Origin: an uncultured Ruminococcus sp.
Lineage (GTDB): Bacteria; Bacillota; Clostridia; Oscillospirales; Ruminococcaceae
DNA length: 64,000 nt
Direction: 5' to 3'
Assembly (NCBI GenBank): GCA_964426275.1
Contig: CAYRPZ010000001.1
Location: 6,503 to 70,502, forward strand
The notes under the pieces were generated by a model, which did no database searches, was not told the origin of the DNA, and saw only the letters and a list, made by a program, of their open reading frames with translations. Positions 36,615-44,430 of the stretch are shown here, piece after piece (the first letter of the stretch is position 1; the number at the start of each line of letters is the position of its first letter). The translations under genes were made by a program, and so were the position numbers.

Positions 36615-37088
36615 TTATTTTGTAATTTCAAGTATTTCAAACTGAAGTTCACCTATAGGAGCTTCAACGATAAACTTGTCACCGATTTTCTTTTTCATGG
36701 CAGCTTTTCCTATAGGTGATTCATCAGAAATCTTGCCGTTCACAGGGTCAGCTTCTGTAGAGCCTACAATCTGAAATTTTTCTGATTTTTCAGCACCTTT
36801 TCTGAGGATTGTTATAATTGAACCAATACCTACTTCATTAATGGAAATACTGTCATCATCAACAACTTCTGCATTTGAAATTGTATTTTCGAGTTCTGTA
36901 ATGGTAGCTTCGAGGATACCCTGTTCATTTTTAGCTTCATCATATTCAGCATTTTCGGAAAGGTCACCGAATGAACGAGCTTCCTTAAGTTTCTGTGCAA
37001 CTTCAGCACGTCTTACAGTAATAAGATATTCAAGTTCCTTTTCAAGCTTTTCAAATCCGGCTCTGGACATTTGTTTTTTTTCAGCCAT
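36615..37088 (-). CDS. greA: Transcription elongation factor GreA
   Basis: 157 aa; SFGDLSENAEYDEAK motif. Confidence 0.95.
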   Translation of the reverse strand: MAEKKQMSRAGFEKLEKELEYLITVRRAEVAQKLKEARSFGDLSENAEYDEAKNEQGILEATITELENTISNAEVVDDDSISINEVGIGSIITILRKGAEKSEKFQIVGSTEADPVNGKISDESPIGKAAMKKKIGDKFIVEAPIGELQFEILEITK

Positions 37089-37135
37089 AAATTCCTTACT
37101 CCTTATATCAAATTTAAAGATATACCTGAAATATA

Positions 37136-37164
37136 ATTATAATGCATTTTTTATGGCTTGTCAA
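37136..37164 (-). promoter_or_regulatory. Consensus SigA promoter for greA-lysS
   Basis: On the minus strand: TTGACA (37164..37159), 17 nt, TATAAT (37141..37136). Confidence 0.65.
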
Positions 37165-37216
37165 TAATGCTTAAAAATATTAATTCAAAATTGTATACCA
37201 TAAATACCCTTTATAT

Positions 37217-37245
37217 TTGCAAAAGAAAATAAAAAATGATATAAT
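37217..37245 (+). promoter_or_regulatory. SigA promoter for the dnaD-like/dnaI-like operon
   Basis: TTGCAA (37217-37222), 17 nt, TATAAT (37240-37245) with an extended -10 TG. Confidence 0.6.
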
Positions 37246-37279
37246 AATATGTAAAATAAAAAAGAGAAGGAGATAGCCG

Positions 37280-38341
37280 ATGGAATATTTTGTCAATACA
37301 GGACAGTGGGGCAGTCTTTTTGCAGTACCTGTCAGCGTAGTTGATGAATATATAAAACTTGCAGGAGGTCATTCACTCAAAGTCCTGCTTTATGTACTGA
37401 GAAACGGAAACAGAATTGTTTCAAGAGATGAAATTGCATCTGCACTTAATATAGACCATGAAAGCATTGATGATGCATTTAACTTCTGGGAAAGTGTCGG
37501 AATATTTTCTCAGAATGAAAATACATCTCATTCAATGAAAAAAGCAACAATTCCGTCAGTCTTTCCTTCGGAAAAAACTGAAACTTCCATACAGAAATCT
37601 GCTGTTCAGGATAACAGACCTGAACGAGCAGTATATGAAAAAAGCAGTGAACGGTTTGTATTAAGACCTTCTGAAATTGCTGAAAGAATACGCTCCAGTG
37701 AACAGATAAGAAATCTTTTTACAATGGCAGAAAGTTCACTCGGAAGAATGTTAAACAATATTGAACAGTCCTCGCTTGTATGGATTCATGAATATCTCGG
37801 TCTTAATATCGATGTAATACTCATGCTTGTACAGTATCTTTCATCAGTCGGAAAAGGTAATATGGCATATATTGAAAAGGTTGCATTTGACTGGCGTGAC
37901 AAAAATATTAATACACTTCGTGAAGCACAGAATGAAATTCAACGTATACAGCAGTTTTCATCATATGAAAATAAAATTCTTGCACTCCTTGGTATTAATA
38001 CTCACCCTTCATCAAATCAGCATGAAATCATGAATGAATGGTATGACAAGGGAATAAGCACTGAATTGGTGGAATGTGCATATGACAGAACTATGGACAG
38101 CATAGGAAAAATGTCCTTTCCCTATATGAACTCAATCATTATGACATGGCATGAAAAGAAAATAACAAATCTTGCCGGTGTAAAGGAATATGAAAAGAAT
38201 AATCCTCCTCCGAAAAGAACTTTCGGAAGAAACGGTCAGAAAAATACAAAGGAAAAGAAACGTTCATATAATATAGCTGAATTTGAAAAATTTGCTATAA
38301 ACTATAATGAACTTAAGGAGATTGGTGAAGAAAATGGATAA
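37280..38341 (+). CDS. DnaD-domain replication initiation / helicase-loading protein (DnaB/DnaD-like)
   Basis: 353 aa; an N-terminal wHTH-like region and C-terminal DnaD-type repeats (LVWIHEYLGLNIDVILMLVQY...). It is followed by a DnaI-like ATPase gene. Confidence 0.75.
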   Translation: MEYFVNTGQWGSLFAVPVSVVDEYIKLAGGHSLKVLLYVLRNGNRIVSRDEIASALNIDHESIDDAFNFWESVGIFSQNENTSHSMKKATIPSVFPSEKTETSIQKSAVQDNRPERAVYEKSSERFVLRPSEIAERIRSSEQIRNLFTMAESSLGRMLNNIEQSSLVWIHEYLGLNIDVILMLVQYLSSVGKGNMAYIEKVAFDWRDKNINTLREAQNEIQRIQQFSSYENKILALLGINTHPSSNQHEIMNEWYDKGISTELVECAYDRTMDSIGKMSFPYMNSIIMTWHEKKITNLAGVKEYEKNNPPPKRTFGRNGQKNTKEKKRSYNIAEFEKFAINYNELKEIGEENG

Positions 38342-39308
38342 TGTATATGAAAAAGCAGAAAGAATAATCCGTGAACGCAAAAATAATGCCATCGAAGAAA
38401 ACCGCAGACGCAATGAAGAAATTGATGAAAAAATTCCGGAAATTACAGAAATAAAAAGCAAGCAGATGGCAAATATAAGTTCCCGCCTGCTTGAAATTAT
38501 TCAGAGCGGCAAAGATGTAAAAGCAAAAATAGAAAGTGAAAAAAGATATAACAATCAGGCAATCAGCATAATTAAATCATATCTCAAAAAGCATGGCTAC
38601 CCTCAGGATTATCTTGATATGCACTATACCTGTTCAAAATGCAGTGATACCGGATATTGCGATGGAAAAAGATGCGAATGCTTTATGGAAGTGCTTAAAA
38701 AGCTTTCAGTTGAAACTCTTAATATAAATACAAATCTTATACTTTCAAGCTTTGATACATTCAATCTTGATTATTATGACTATGAAGACGGAAAATTTGC
38801 TAAAAGTATGCAGAAAATATATGACTACTGCTTTGAATATGCACAGAACTTTAAACCGTCAGAATCACCCAATGTTATAATGTCAGGTGAAACAGGTCTT
38901 GGAAAAACGCATCTTTCACTTGCAATTGCACGTGAAGCAATACTGAAAGGATATACTGTAGCATATGATTCGGCTGTTAACTTTTTAAGACATATTGAAA
39001 ATGAACACTTCGGCAGAACAGATTACAAATATGATACCCTTGATAATATAATAGATGCAGACCTGCTTATAATTGATGACCTCGGTGCAGAATATGAGTC
39101 AAAATTCTATACAGCAACAATATATAACATTATAAACTCAAGAATAAACCATTCAAAACCGACAATTATAAGCACAAACCTCAGACTTGAAGAATTTGAG
39201 GAAAGATATGATGCAAGAATTACTTCAAGAATAGGCTGTCTGTTTGATTACCTTAAATTCTGCGGAAATGATATACGCTTTTTAAAAAAAAGCAATATAA
39301 TAATCTGA
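38334..39308 (+). CDS. DnaI/DnaC-like helicase loader ATPase
   Basis: Cys-rich N-terminal module CSKCSDTGYCDGKRCEC, Walker A GETGLGKTHL, Walker B LLIIDDLG. ATG 38334 overlaps the upstream stop. Confidence 0.85.
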   Translation: MDNVYEKAERIIRERKNNAIEENRRRNEEIDEKIPEITEIKSKQMANISSRLLEIIQSGKDVKAKIESEKRYNNQAISIIKSYLKKHGYPQDYLDMHYTCSKCSDTGYCDGKRCECFMEVLKKLSVETLNINTNLILSSFDTFNLDYYDYEDGKFAKSMQKIYDYCFEYAQNFKPSESPNVIMSGETGLGKTHLSLAIAREAILKGYTVAYDSAVNFLRHIENEHFGRTDYKYDTLDNIIDADLLIIDDLGAEYESKFYTATIYNIINSRINHSKPTIISTNLRLEEFEERYDARITSRIGCLFDYLKFCGNDIRFLKKSNIII

Positions 39309-39373
39309 TAGACATACCTTTGGTCAAATGATATAATTAAACTTAATATAAAAAATAAAGAAAGGAAATTCCT

Positions 39374-40129
39374 ATGAAATTAAAAAAACTTACTGCTGTT
39401 ATTATCTCAGCCTTTATGTTTTTTTCATTTTCAGGCTGTAATGGAAATGAATCTTCTGAAAATTCGGAGCAAATTTCAGTCGCAACCGACAATGACTCTT
39501 TAGAAAATTCGGAGCAAACTTCGGTTGTAACCGACAATGACTCCGATATGAATCTTGAAAAATCAAGAGATGTTATGGACGCATTCATCAATCAGGAACA
39601 ATATGCAATAATGTTTGAATATGAGGGAATGAACCTCGAATACTACTACGCCAAAGATGGAGAAAATGAATTTCTTGGCTCAACTGTCGGAAATATTCAG
39701 TCGGGTGTTTTCCGCTTTGGAAATGTAACTTATTATGTTGACATCGTAGGTTCGGGAGAACTCAGAAGAATTGAAAATGATGAAACCGACATAAATGCCG
39801 CAGTAACGGTGCTTGATACAATATATTATCAGACAGTTGTGAACGGAAAATGTATATCTCAGTCGGTCGAAGATGATGAAATATACAATACTTATGAATA
39901 TGACGATACAGAAAAATCAGGAGATATAATAGAATGGCAGACAGTTGTCGGTTCTGACGGAAAACTTATAAAAGCAACAAGAGTTAATGACAGCCGTATA
40001 TTTGCATTCAGTTATCCGGAGTATACGGATAAAGTTTTCTATATTCCGGAAGAATATATAATAGTTGATGACGACGGAAATCCTGTAAACGGAACTGCCG
40101 GCTGGGCTGACTATCCGACAGAAAACTGA
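39374..40129 (+). CDS. Lipoprotein of unknown function
   Basis: 251 aa; lipobox FSFSGC and an acidic tandem repeat after the signal peptide. Confidence 0.75.
   Translation: MKLKKLTAVIISAFMFFSFSGCNGNESSENSEQISVATDNDSLENSEQTSVVTDNDSDMNLEKSRDVMDAFINQEQYAIMFEYEGMNLEYYYAKDGENEFLGSTVGNIQSGVFRFGNVTYYVDIVGSGELRRIENDETDINAAVTVLDTIYYQTVVNGKCISQSVEDDEIYNTYEYDDTEKSGDIIEWQTVVGSDGKLIKATRVNDSRIFAFSYPEYTDKVFYIPEEYIIVDDDGNPVNGTAGWADYPTEN
39458..39544 (+). repeat. Two imperfect 42-nt direct repeats (45-nt period) inside the lipoprotein gene
   Basis: GAAAATTCGGAGCAAATTTCAGTCGCAACCGACAATGACTCT at 39458-39499 against GAAAATTCGGAGCAAACTTCGGTTGTAACCGACAATGACTCC at 39503-39544. They encode ENSEQ(I/T)SV(A/V)TDNDS. 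Confidence 0.9.
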
Positions 40130-40160
40130 TAAAATTAATTTATATAGGAGATTTTCAATA

Positions 40161-40724
40161 ATGAAAGTAATTCTTGCATCAGGTTCTCCAAGAAGAAAGG
40201 AACTTCTCGGCAGAATATTCAGTGAATTTGAAATATGCCCGTCATCGGCTGATGAAACCGTTCCGGAAAATATACCCTCCGATAAATATGCTGAATATCT
40301 TGCAGTAAAAAAAACATCTGATATTGCCGGAAAAAATACAGATTCACTCGTTATAGGCTGTGATACGGTAGTCATTAGCGACGGCAGTATTCTTGGCAAG
40401 CCGTCAGATAAAAAATCCGCATATCATATGGTTAAAACGCTTTCAGGCAGAAAACATTCGGTTATAACCGGTATATGTTTATGCCTTAACGGAAAATCAA
40501 TGTCATTTTCCTGTGAAACGATTGTCGAATTTTATAATCTTTCTGAAGATGAAATTAAAAAATATATATCCACTGATGAACCTTATGACAAAGCAGGAGC
40601 ATATGGAATACAGGGTGCAGGAGGATTGTTTGTAAAACGTATTGAAGGCGATTTTTATAATGTAGTAGGTCTTCCTGTCGCAGAACTCAGCAGAAAAATA
40701 AAGGAATTCACCGGATTATTTTAA
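40161..40724 (+). CDS. maf: Maf-like nucleoside triphosphate pyrophosphatase
   Basis: 187 aa; ILASGSPRRKELL and KAGAYGIQG motifs. Confidence 0.93.
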   Translation: MKVILASGSPRRKELLGRIFSEFEICPSSADETVPENIPSDKYAEYLAVKKTSDIAGKNTDSLVIGCDTVVISDGSILGKPSDKKSAYHMVKTLSGRKHSVITGICLCLNGKSMSFSCETIVEFYNLSEDEIKKYISTDEPYDKAGAYGIQGAGGLFVKRIEGDFYNVVGLPVAELSRKIKEFTGLF

Positions 40725-40793
40725 ACTGCATATAATATAATAACTGTATATTAATACAGTTAGGTTAAACCTCTCAGGAGATGAATATATAAT

Positions 40794-40985
40794 ATGATTA
40801 AGTCAAATAACGGTGAGGCTATTAATGTAATGTCAATTGCAATCGCCAACTATATGGCACCATATTTTACAAATGATGAGCTTGATATACTTGCACTTAT
40901 GCTGAATGTTATAGGAGATGCTCTTGGCGTTATATCAGCCACAAGACCTGAAAATACAGATAAAAACTGCACTTCACAAACATGA
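40794..40985 (+). CDS. Small hypothetical protein (63 aa)
   Basis: The ORF ends inside a strong terminator hairpin. The SD AGGAGA lies 14 nt upstream, which is long spacing. No motif recognised. Confidence 0.4.
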   Translation: MIKSNNGEAINVMSIAIANYMAPYFTNDELDILALMLNVIGDALGVISATRPENTDKNCTSQT

Positions 40986-40999
40986 AGTGCAGTTTTTTT
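40967..40999 (+). terminator. Rho-independent terminator
   Basis: A 10-bp stem CTGCACTTCA / TGAAGTGCAG with loop CAAACA, followed by TTTTTTT. Confidence 0.8.
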
Positions 41000-41165
41000 A
41001 TCTCTGTTTTTTATTATTTTTCAGCAGTTGTATAATTGTTATAATATTAATAACCACCCAACTGAAATTACTGTTATTCCGTCAATGTAATAATGAAAGA
41101 ATTGATGCAAGTATAATGATTATTATTTTCAATATAATTTTTTGACTATTTTTTTCTGCCCTTTT

Positions 41166-41975
41166 TTATATACTTAATTTCTTATCGCATAAAATACAGG
41201 TTGCAATATATGAAACTGCAATGAATATAATATTAAGTACAGTCGGAACTATAAGCCCTGAATATCCTCCAAAATATACATTTAATACTGTTGTTTCATA
41301 AATAATTTCATTCTCATTAAACATATTAATATTGAAAATTTTCATAATTTCCATTTGAATAAAACCAAAGATTATATTGATTAAAATGAAACAGCCAAAT
41401 GCAATTGCTGCCCCTGCTTTAATATTATAAAAAACAGTATCATATAACATTCTTGAAAGATATATTACTGCAACCGTAAGAGTAAATTCTGAAAATGTAT
41501 TCAGATACATAAGAAATATAGTTGAAAATGGTATATCAGAAATATAAGCTGTTATATTGCTGAAATCATTGAGAAAATTGCTATCTATGGCTATACTTGT
41601 AAATTTAAATGACAATTTTATATCCATTATAAATATAAGCGATACGATAATCCCGAAAACTATTTCAACAATAGTGCTTGCAAGCAGTTTTGAACCTATT
41701 ATTTTATATGTACTGTTCGGTGTCATAAATACCATATATCCGTTTTTATGCTTATGAGAAATATCCATATCATACAGCATTAAAGAATATATAAGATATC
41801 CGAATACAATAAATGATATAAAAAATACAATTAACATTGATGACACAATAAATATACCATTTATTCCTGAAAATCCGCTTATCAGAAATATTATTTCAAT
41901 AATTGCAAATATTGCAGATACAACAATAAGAATACTCCTTGACTTTAAAAATTCATGTTTTATAAGATTAAGCAT
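41166..41975 (-). CDS. ABC-2-type multi-pass membrane (permease-like) protein
   Basis: 269 aa, strongly hydrophobic with multiple TM segments. It overlaps the ATPase gene by 8 nt. Confidence 0.75.
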   Translation of the reverse strand: MLNLIKHEFLKSRSILIVVSAIFAIIEIIFLISGFSGINGIFIVSSMLIVFFISFIVFGYLIYSLMLYDMDISHKHKNGYMVFMTPNSTYKIIGSKLLASTIVEIVFGIIVSLIFIMDIKLSFKFTSIAIDSNFLNDFSNITAYISDIPFSTIFLMYLNTFSEFTLTVAVIYLSRMLYDTVFYNIKAGAAIAFGCFILINIIFGFIQMEIMKIFNINMFNENEIIYETTVLNVYFGGYSGLIVPTVLNIIFIAVSYIATCILCDKKLSI

Positions 41976-42702
41976 TTCTTATGTCCTCCATAATATCTTC
42001 AAATGAACTTGTTGAGAAAATTTCTCTGTAAAGGTCAGACATTGAAAGCCCTCTCTCCATTCTTATATCCTCAAGGTCACCCTGAAGTACATTTTTTCCG
42101 TCTTTCATCATTACTACGCTGTCGGCAACAGATTCAAGCTCCTCAAAAAGATGACTTGAAATTACAACACACGCTTCATCGGAAACAGCCTGAATTATAG
42201 CCTGAATTATCATATCACGGGCAATAAGGTCAATTCCGTTAAGAGGTTCATCAAGCATAGCAATTTTTGAACGTCTTGCAAGTGCAACTGATATTTTCAG
42301 CTTTGCACACATTCCCGACGACATGGAGGACGGTTTCATTTTCATATCAAGCTCCATGAATTTAATAAGCTTCTGATATTTCTTAAAGCTGAAATCTCTG
42401 TAAAAATCCCTGTGATACTTTCCTATTTCCTCAATATTCATATTTTTATAGAAATACATCTCAGTCGGCATATATGATATAAGTCCTTTTGTTTCATAAT
42501 TTACAGGCTTGCCATCTATTTTGCATATACCGCTGTCATGCTTTACAAGTCCGCAGGCTGTTTTCATAAGGGTTGTTTTTCCGTGGCCATTCGGAGCAGC
42601 AAGAACATAAATTTTACCGCTTTCAAATTTTGCACTGAATCCGTCAAGAGCATTCTTTTTTCCATATCTTTTTACCACATTTTCAAATTCAAGCATTTTC
42701 AT
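41968..42702 (-). CDS. ABC transporter ATP-binding protein
   Basis: 244 aa; Walker A APNGHGKTT, signature-like MSSGM, Walker B IAMLDEP. Confidence 0.9.
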   Translation of the reverse strand: MKMLEFENVVKRYGKKNALDGFSAKFESGKIYVLAAPNGHGKTTLMKTACGLVKHDSGICKIDGKPVNYETKGLISYMPTEMYFYKNMNIEEIGKYHRDFYRDFSFKKYQKLIKFMELDMKMKPSSMSSGMCAKLKISVALARRSKIAMLDEPLNGIDLIARDMIIQAIIQAVSDEACVVISSHLFEELESVADSVVMMKDGKNVLQGDLEDIRMERGLSMSDLYREIFSTSSFEDIMEDIRNA

Positions 42703-43066
42703 TCCCCTTTTTATTGTCGCTTATCAGATTTATAATTTCACTGTCTGTATAATTAAGCGAATGCATTTTATCCAAAAATTCATATACGATTTCATTTACT
42801 ATCTTATTTCTGACATTCTCAACAATATTTTCATTTTCTATAATAAATGTTCCCAGCCCCCTTTTTGTATAGCATATTCCTTCCATTTCAAGATATTTAT
42901 AAATACGCTGTACAGTATTTGGATTTACTTTATACATAACGGCAAGTTCACTGTTTGAAGGCAGTTTGTCACCTGTATTTATTTCCCCTGTAACAAGTTT
43001 TCTTTTTATATCATCAGCAATCTGAATGTATATAGGCATATTATTATTAAATTCCAAATGCATCAC
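42689..43066 (-). CDS. GntR-family (YtrA-type, short) transcriptional regulator
   Basis: 125 aa; wHTH GDKLPSNSELAVMYKVNPNTVQRIYKYLEMEG. The exact start is uncertain: GTG 43066, ATG 43063 or TTG 43057. Confidence 0.85.
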   Translation of the reverse strand: MMHLEFNNNMPIYIQIADDIKRKLVTGEINTGDKLPSNSELAVMYKVNPNTVQRIYKYLEMEGICYTKRGLGTFIIENENIVENVRNKIVNEIVYEFLDKMHSLNYTDSEIINLISDNKKGNENA

Positions 43067-43077
43067 CTCACTACTTA

Positions 43078-43091
43078 AATAGTAAACTATT
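43078..43091. promoter_or_regulatory. Candidate operator palindrome upstream of the GntR-ABC operon
   Basis: AATAGT-AA-ACTATT (6-2-6 inverted repeat), 12-25 nt upstream of the regulator start. Confidence 0.35.
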
Positions 43092-43147
43092 CAATTTTAA
43101 ATGTCAAGATGTTTCCGGAAATTTAAAAAAAAAATTTGCCTGCAGTA

Positions 43148-43176
43148 TTGAAAAATATATTTTTCTGTGTTATAAT
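43148..43176 (+). promoter_or_regulatory. SigA promoter for tRNA-Ser
   Basis: TTGAAA (43148-43153), 17 nt, TATAAT (43171-43176). The -10 ends 19 nt upstream of the tRNA 5' end. Confidence 0.6.
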
Positions 43177-43195
43177 TATGTATGTTAATTTATAT

Positions 43196-43281
43196 GGAGA
43201 TGTATCGAAGTGGTCATAACGAGAACGACTCGAAATCGTTTGAACGGTAACGTTCCGTGGGTTCAAATCCCACCATCTCCG
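43196..43281 (+). tRNA. tRNA-Ser (anticodon CGA), class II with long variable arm; CCA not encoded
   Basis: Manual cloverleaf: acceptor GGAGATG/CATCTCC; anticodon stem AACGA/TCGTT with loop CTCGAAA; variable arm GAACG-GTAA-CGTTC; T arm GTGGG-TTCAAAT-CCCAC; discriminator G. Confidence 0.9.
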
Positions 43282-43295
43282 CTATATTCTGCAAT

Positions 43296-43335
43296 GACAG
43301 CAGTTTCTTATCATGGAACTGCTGTCAAATTTTAT
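43296..43335 (+). terminator. Terminator after tRNA-Ser
   Basis: A 10-bp stem GACAGCAGTT / AACTGCTGTC with an 11-nt loop and a weak AAATTTTATT tail. Confidence 0.55.
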
Positions 43336-43372
43336 TAATACCTGACAATAATAATGGAGGAATATTTTCTAT

Positions 43373-44311
43373 ATGGACAATTTTATATTCAGCCTCAATG
43401 CAACTGTTCCCGTATTTTTTATAATATTCATGGGCTGGTTTCTTAAAAGAATCGGAATAATTGATGAAAAATTCTCTCAGGTAAATGACAAGCTTTCATT
43501 TAAAGTACTTTTCCCGTTACTGCTTTTCAAGGATATATCCTCAGCCGATTTAAAACAGGATTTTGACATCAGATTTGCTTTATTCTGTTTTATCGGAACA
43601 ATTATATGCTTTGCTGTAATATGGATTATGGCTGAAATCTTCATAAAGGATAAATCAATAATCGGAAGCTTCGTTCAGGGTTCATTCCGTGGAAGTGCAG
43701 CAATACTGGGAGTTGCATTCGTTGAAAATATGTATGGAAGTGCAGGAATGGTTCCTCTTATGATAGTTGCCGCTGTACCGCTTTATAACATATTTTCAGT
43801 TATAATTCTCACAGTAAGAGGAAAAGACAACAGGAAAATCAGCATTAAAAGCCTGCTTATGAGCATAGTCACAAACCCTATGATTATAGGAATTTTCACA
43901 GGACTTCCCTTCGCATTGCTTGAAGTACATTTCCCAGCAATAATTGAAAAGTGTATCTCAAATTTAAGTGTACTTACAACTCCTCTTGCACTCCTTTCAG
44001 TAGGTGCAGGATTTGAAATTGAAAATGCAGTAAAAAAATTAAAACCCAGTATAACTGCCTCGCTTATAAAGCTTGTAATGCAACCTGCGATACTGCTCCC
44101 TGTCGCTGTACTGATGGGATTCAGAAATCAGGAAATAATCGCAATTCTTATAATGACAGGAGCTCCTACCACTGTAAGCAGTTTTATTATGGCAAAAAAT
44201 ATGAATAATGATGCAGAGCTTGCCTCAAGCATAGTTGTTATTACAACATTGTTTTCAGCAATTACAATCACAGGAATTATATTTATTTTCAGAACTCTCG
44301 GATATGTATAA
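43373..44311 (+). CDS. AEC (auxin efflux carrier) family transporter
   Basis: 312 aa, about 10 hydrophobic segments; N-terminus NATVPVFFIIFMGWFLKR is typical of the family. Confidence 0.85.
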   Translation: MDNFIFSLNATVPVFFIIFMGWFLKRIGIIDEKFSQVNDKLSFKVLFPLLLFKDISSADLKQDFDIRFALFCFIGTIICFAVIWIMAEIFIKDKSIIGSFVQGSFRGSAAILGVAFVENMYGSAGMVPLMIVAAVPLYNIFSVIILTVRGKDNRKISIKSLLMSIVTNPMIIGIFTGLPFALLEVHFPAIIEKCISNLSVLTTPLALLSVGAGFEIENAVKKLKPSITASLIKLVMQPAILLPVAVLMGFRNQEIIAILIMTGAPTTVSSFIMAKNMNNDAELASSIVVITTLFSAITITGIIFIFRTLGYV

Positions 44312-44359
44312 GAATAAAGAATAGTCTATAAAAATATTATATAAAATTATTCAATATTG

Positions 44360-44388
44360 TTGAATTTGCAGCAAAAATATGATATAAT
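44360..44388 (+). promoter_or_regulatory. SigA promoter for the GGDEF gene
   Basis: TTGAAT (44360-44365), 17 nt, TATAAT (44383-44388) with an extended -10 TG. It is followed by the palindrome TCTTAA-ACGA-TTAAGA (44391-44406). Confidence 0.6.
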
Positions 44389-44430
44389 TATCTTAAACGA
44401 TTAAGATAATTAAAGTTAGGGGTGATTAAA

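Noticed and set aside
39343-40399. Minus-strand ORFs 39343..39591 and 39917..40399
   Set aside because: They are antisense to the lipoprotein and maf genes, which have clear signal-peptide and family motifs. They have no RBS and Ser/Ile/Phe-rich shadow composition.
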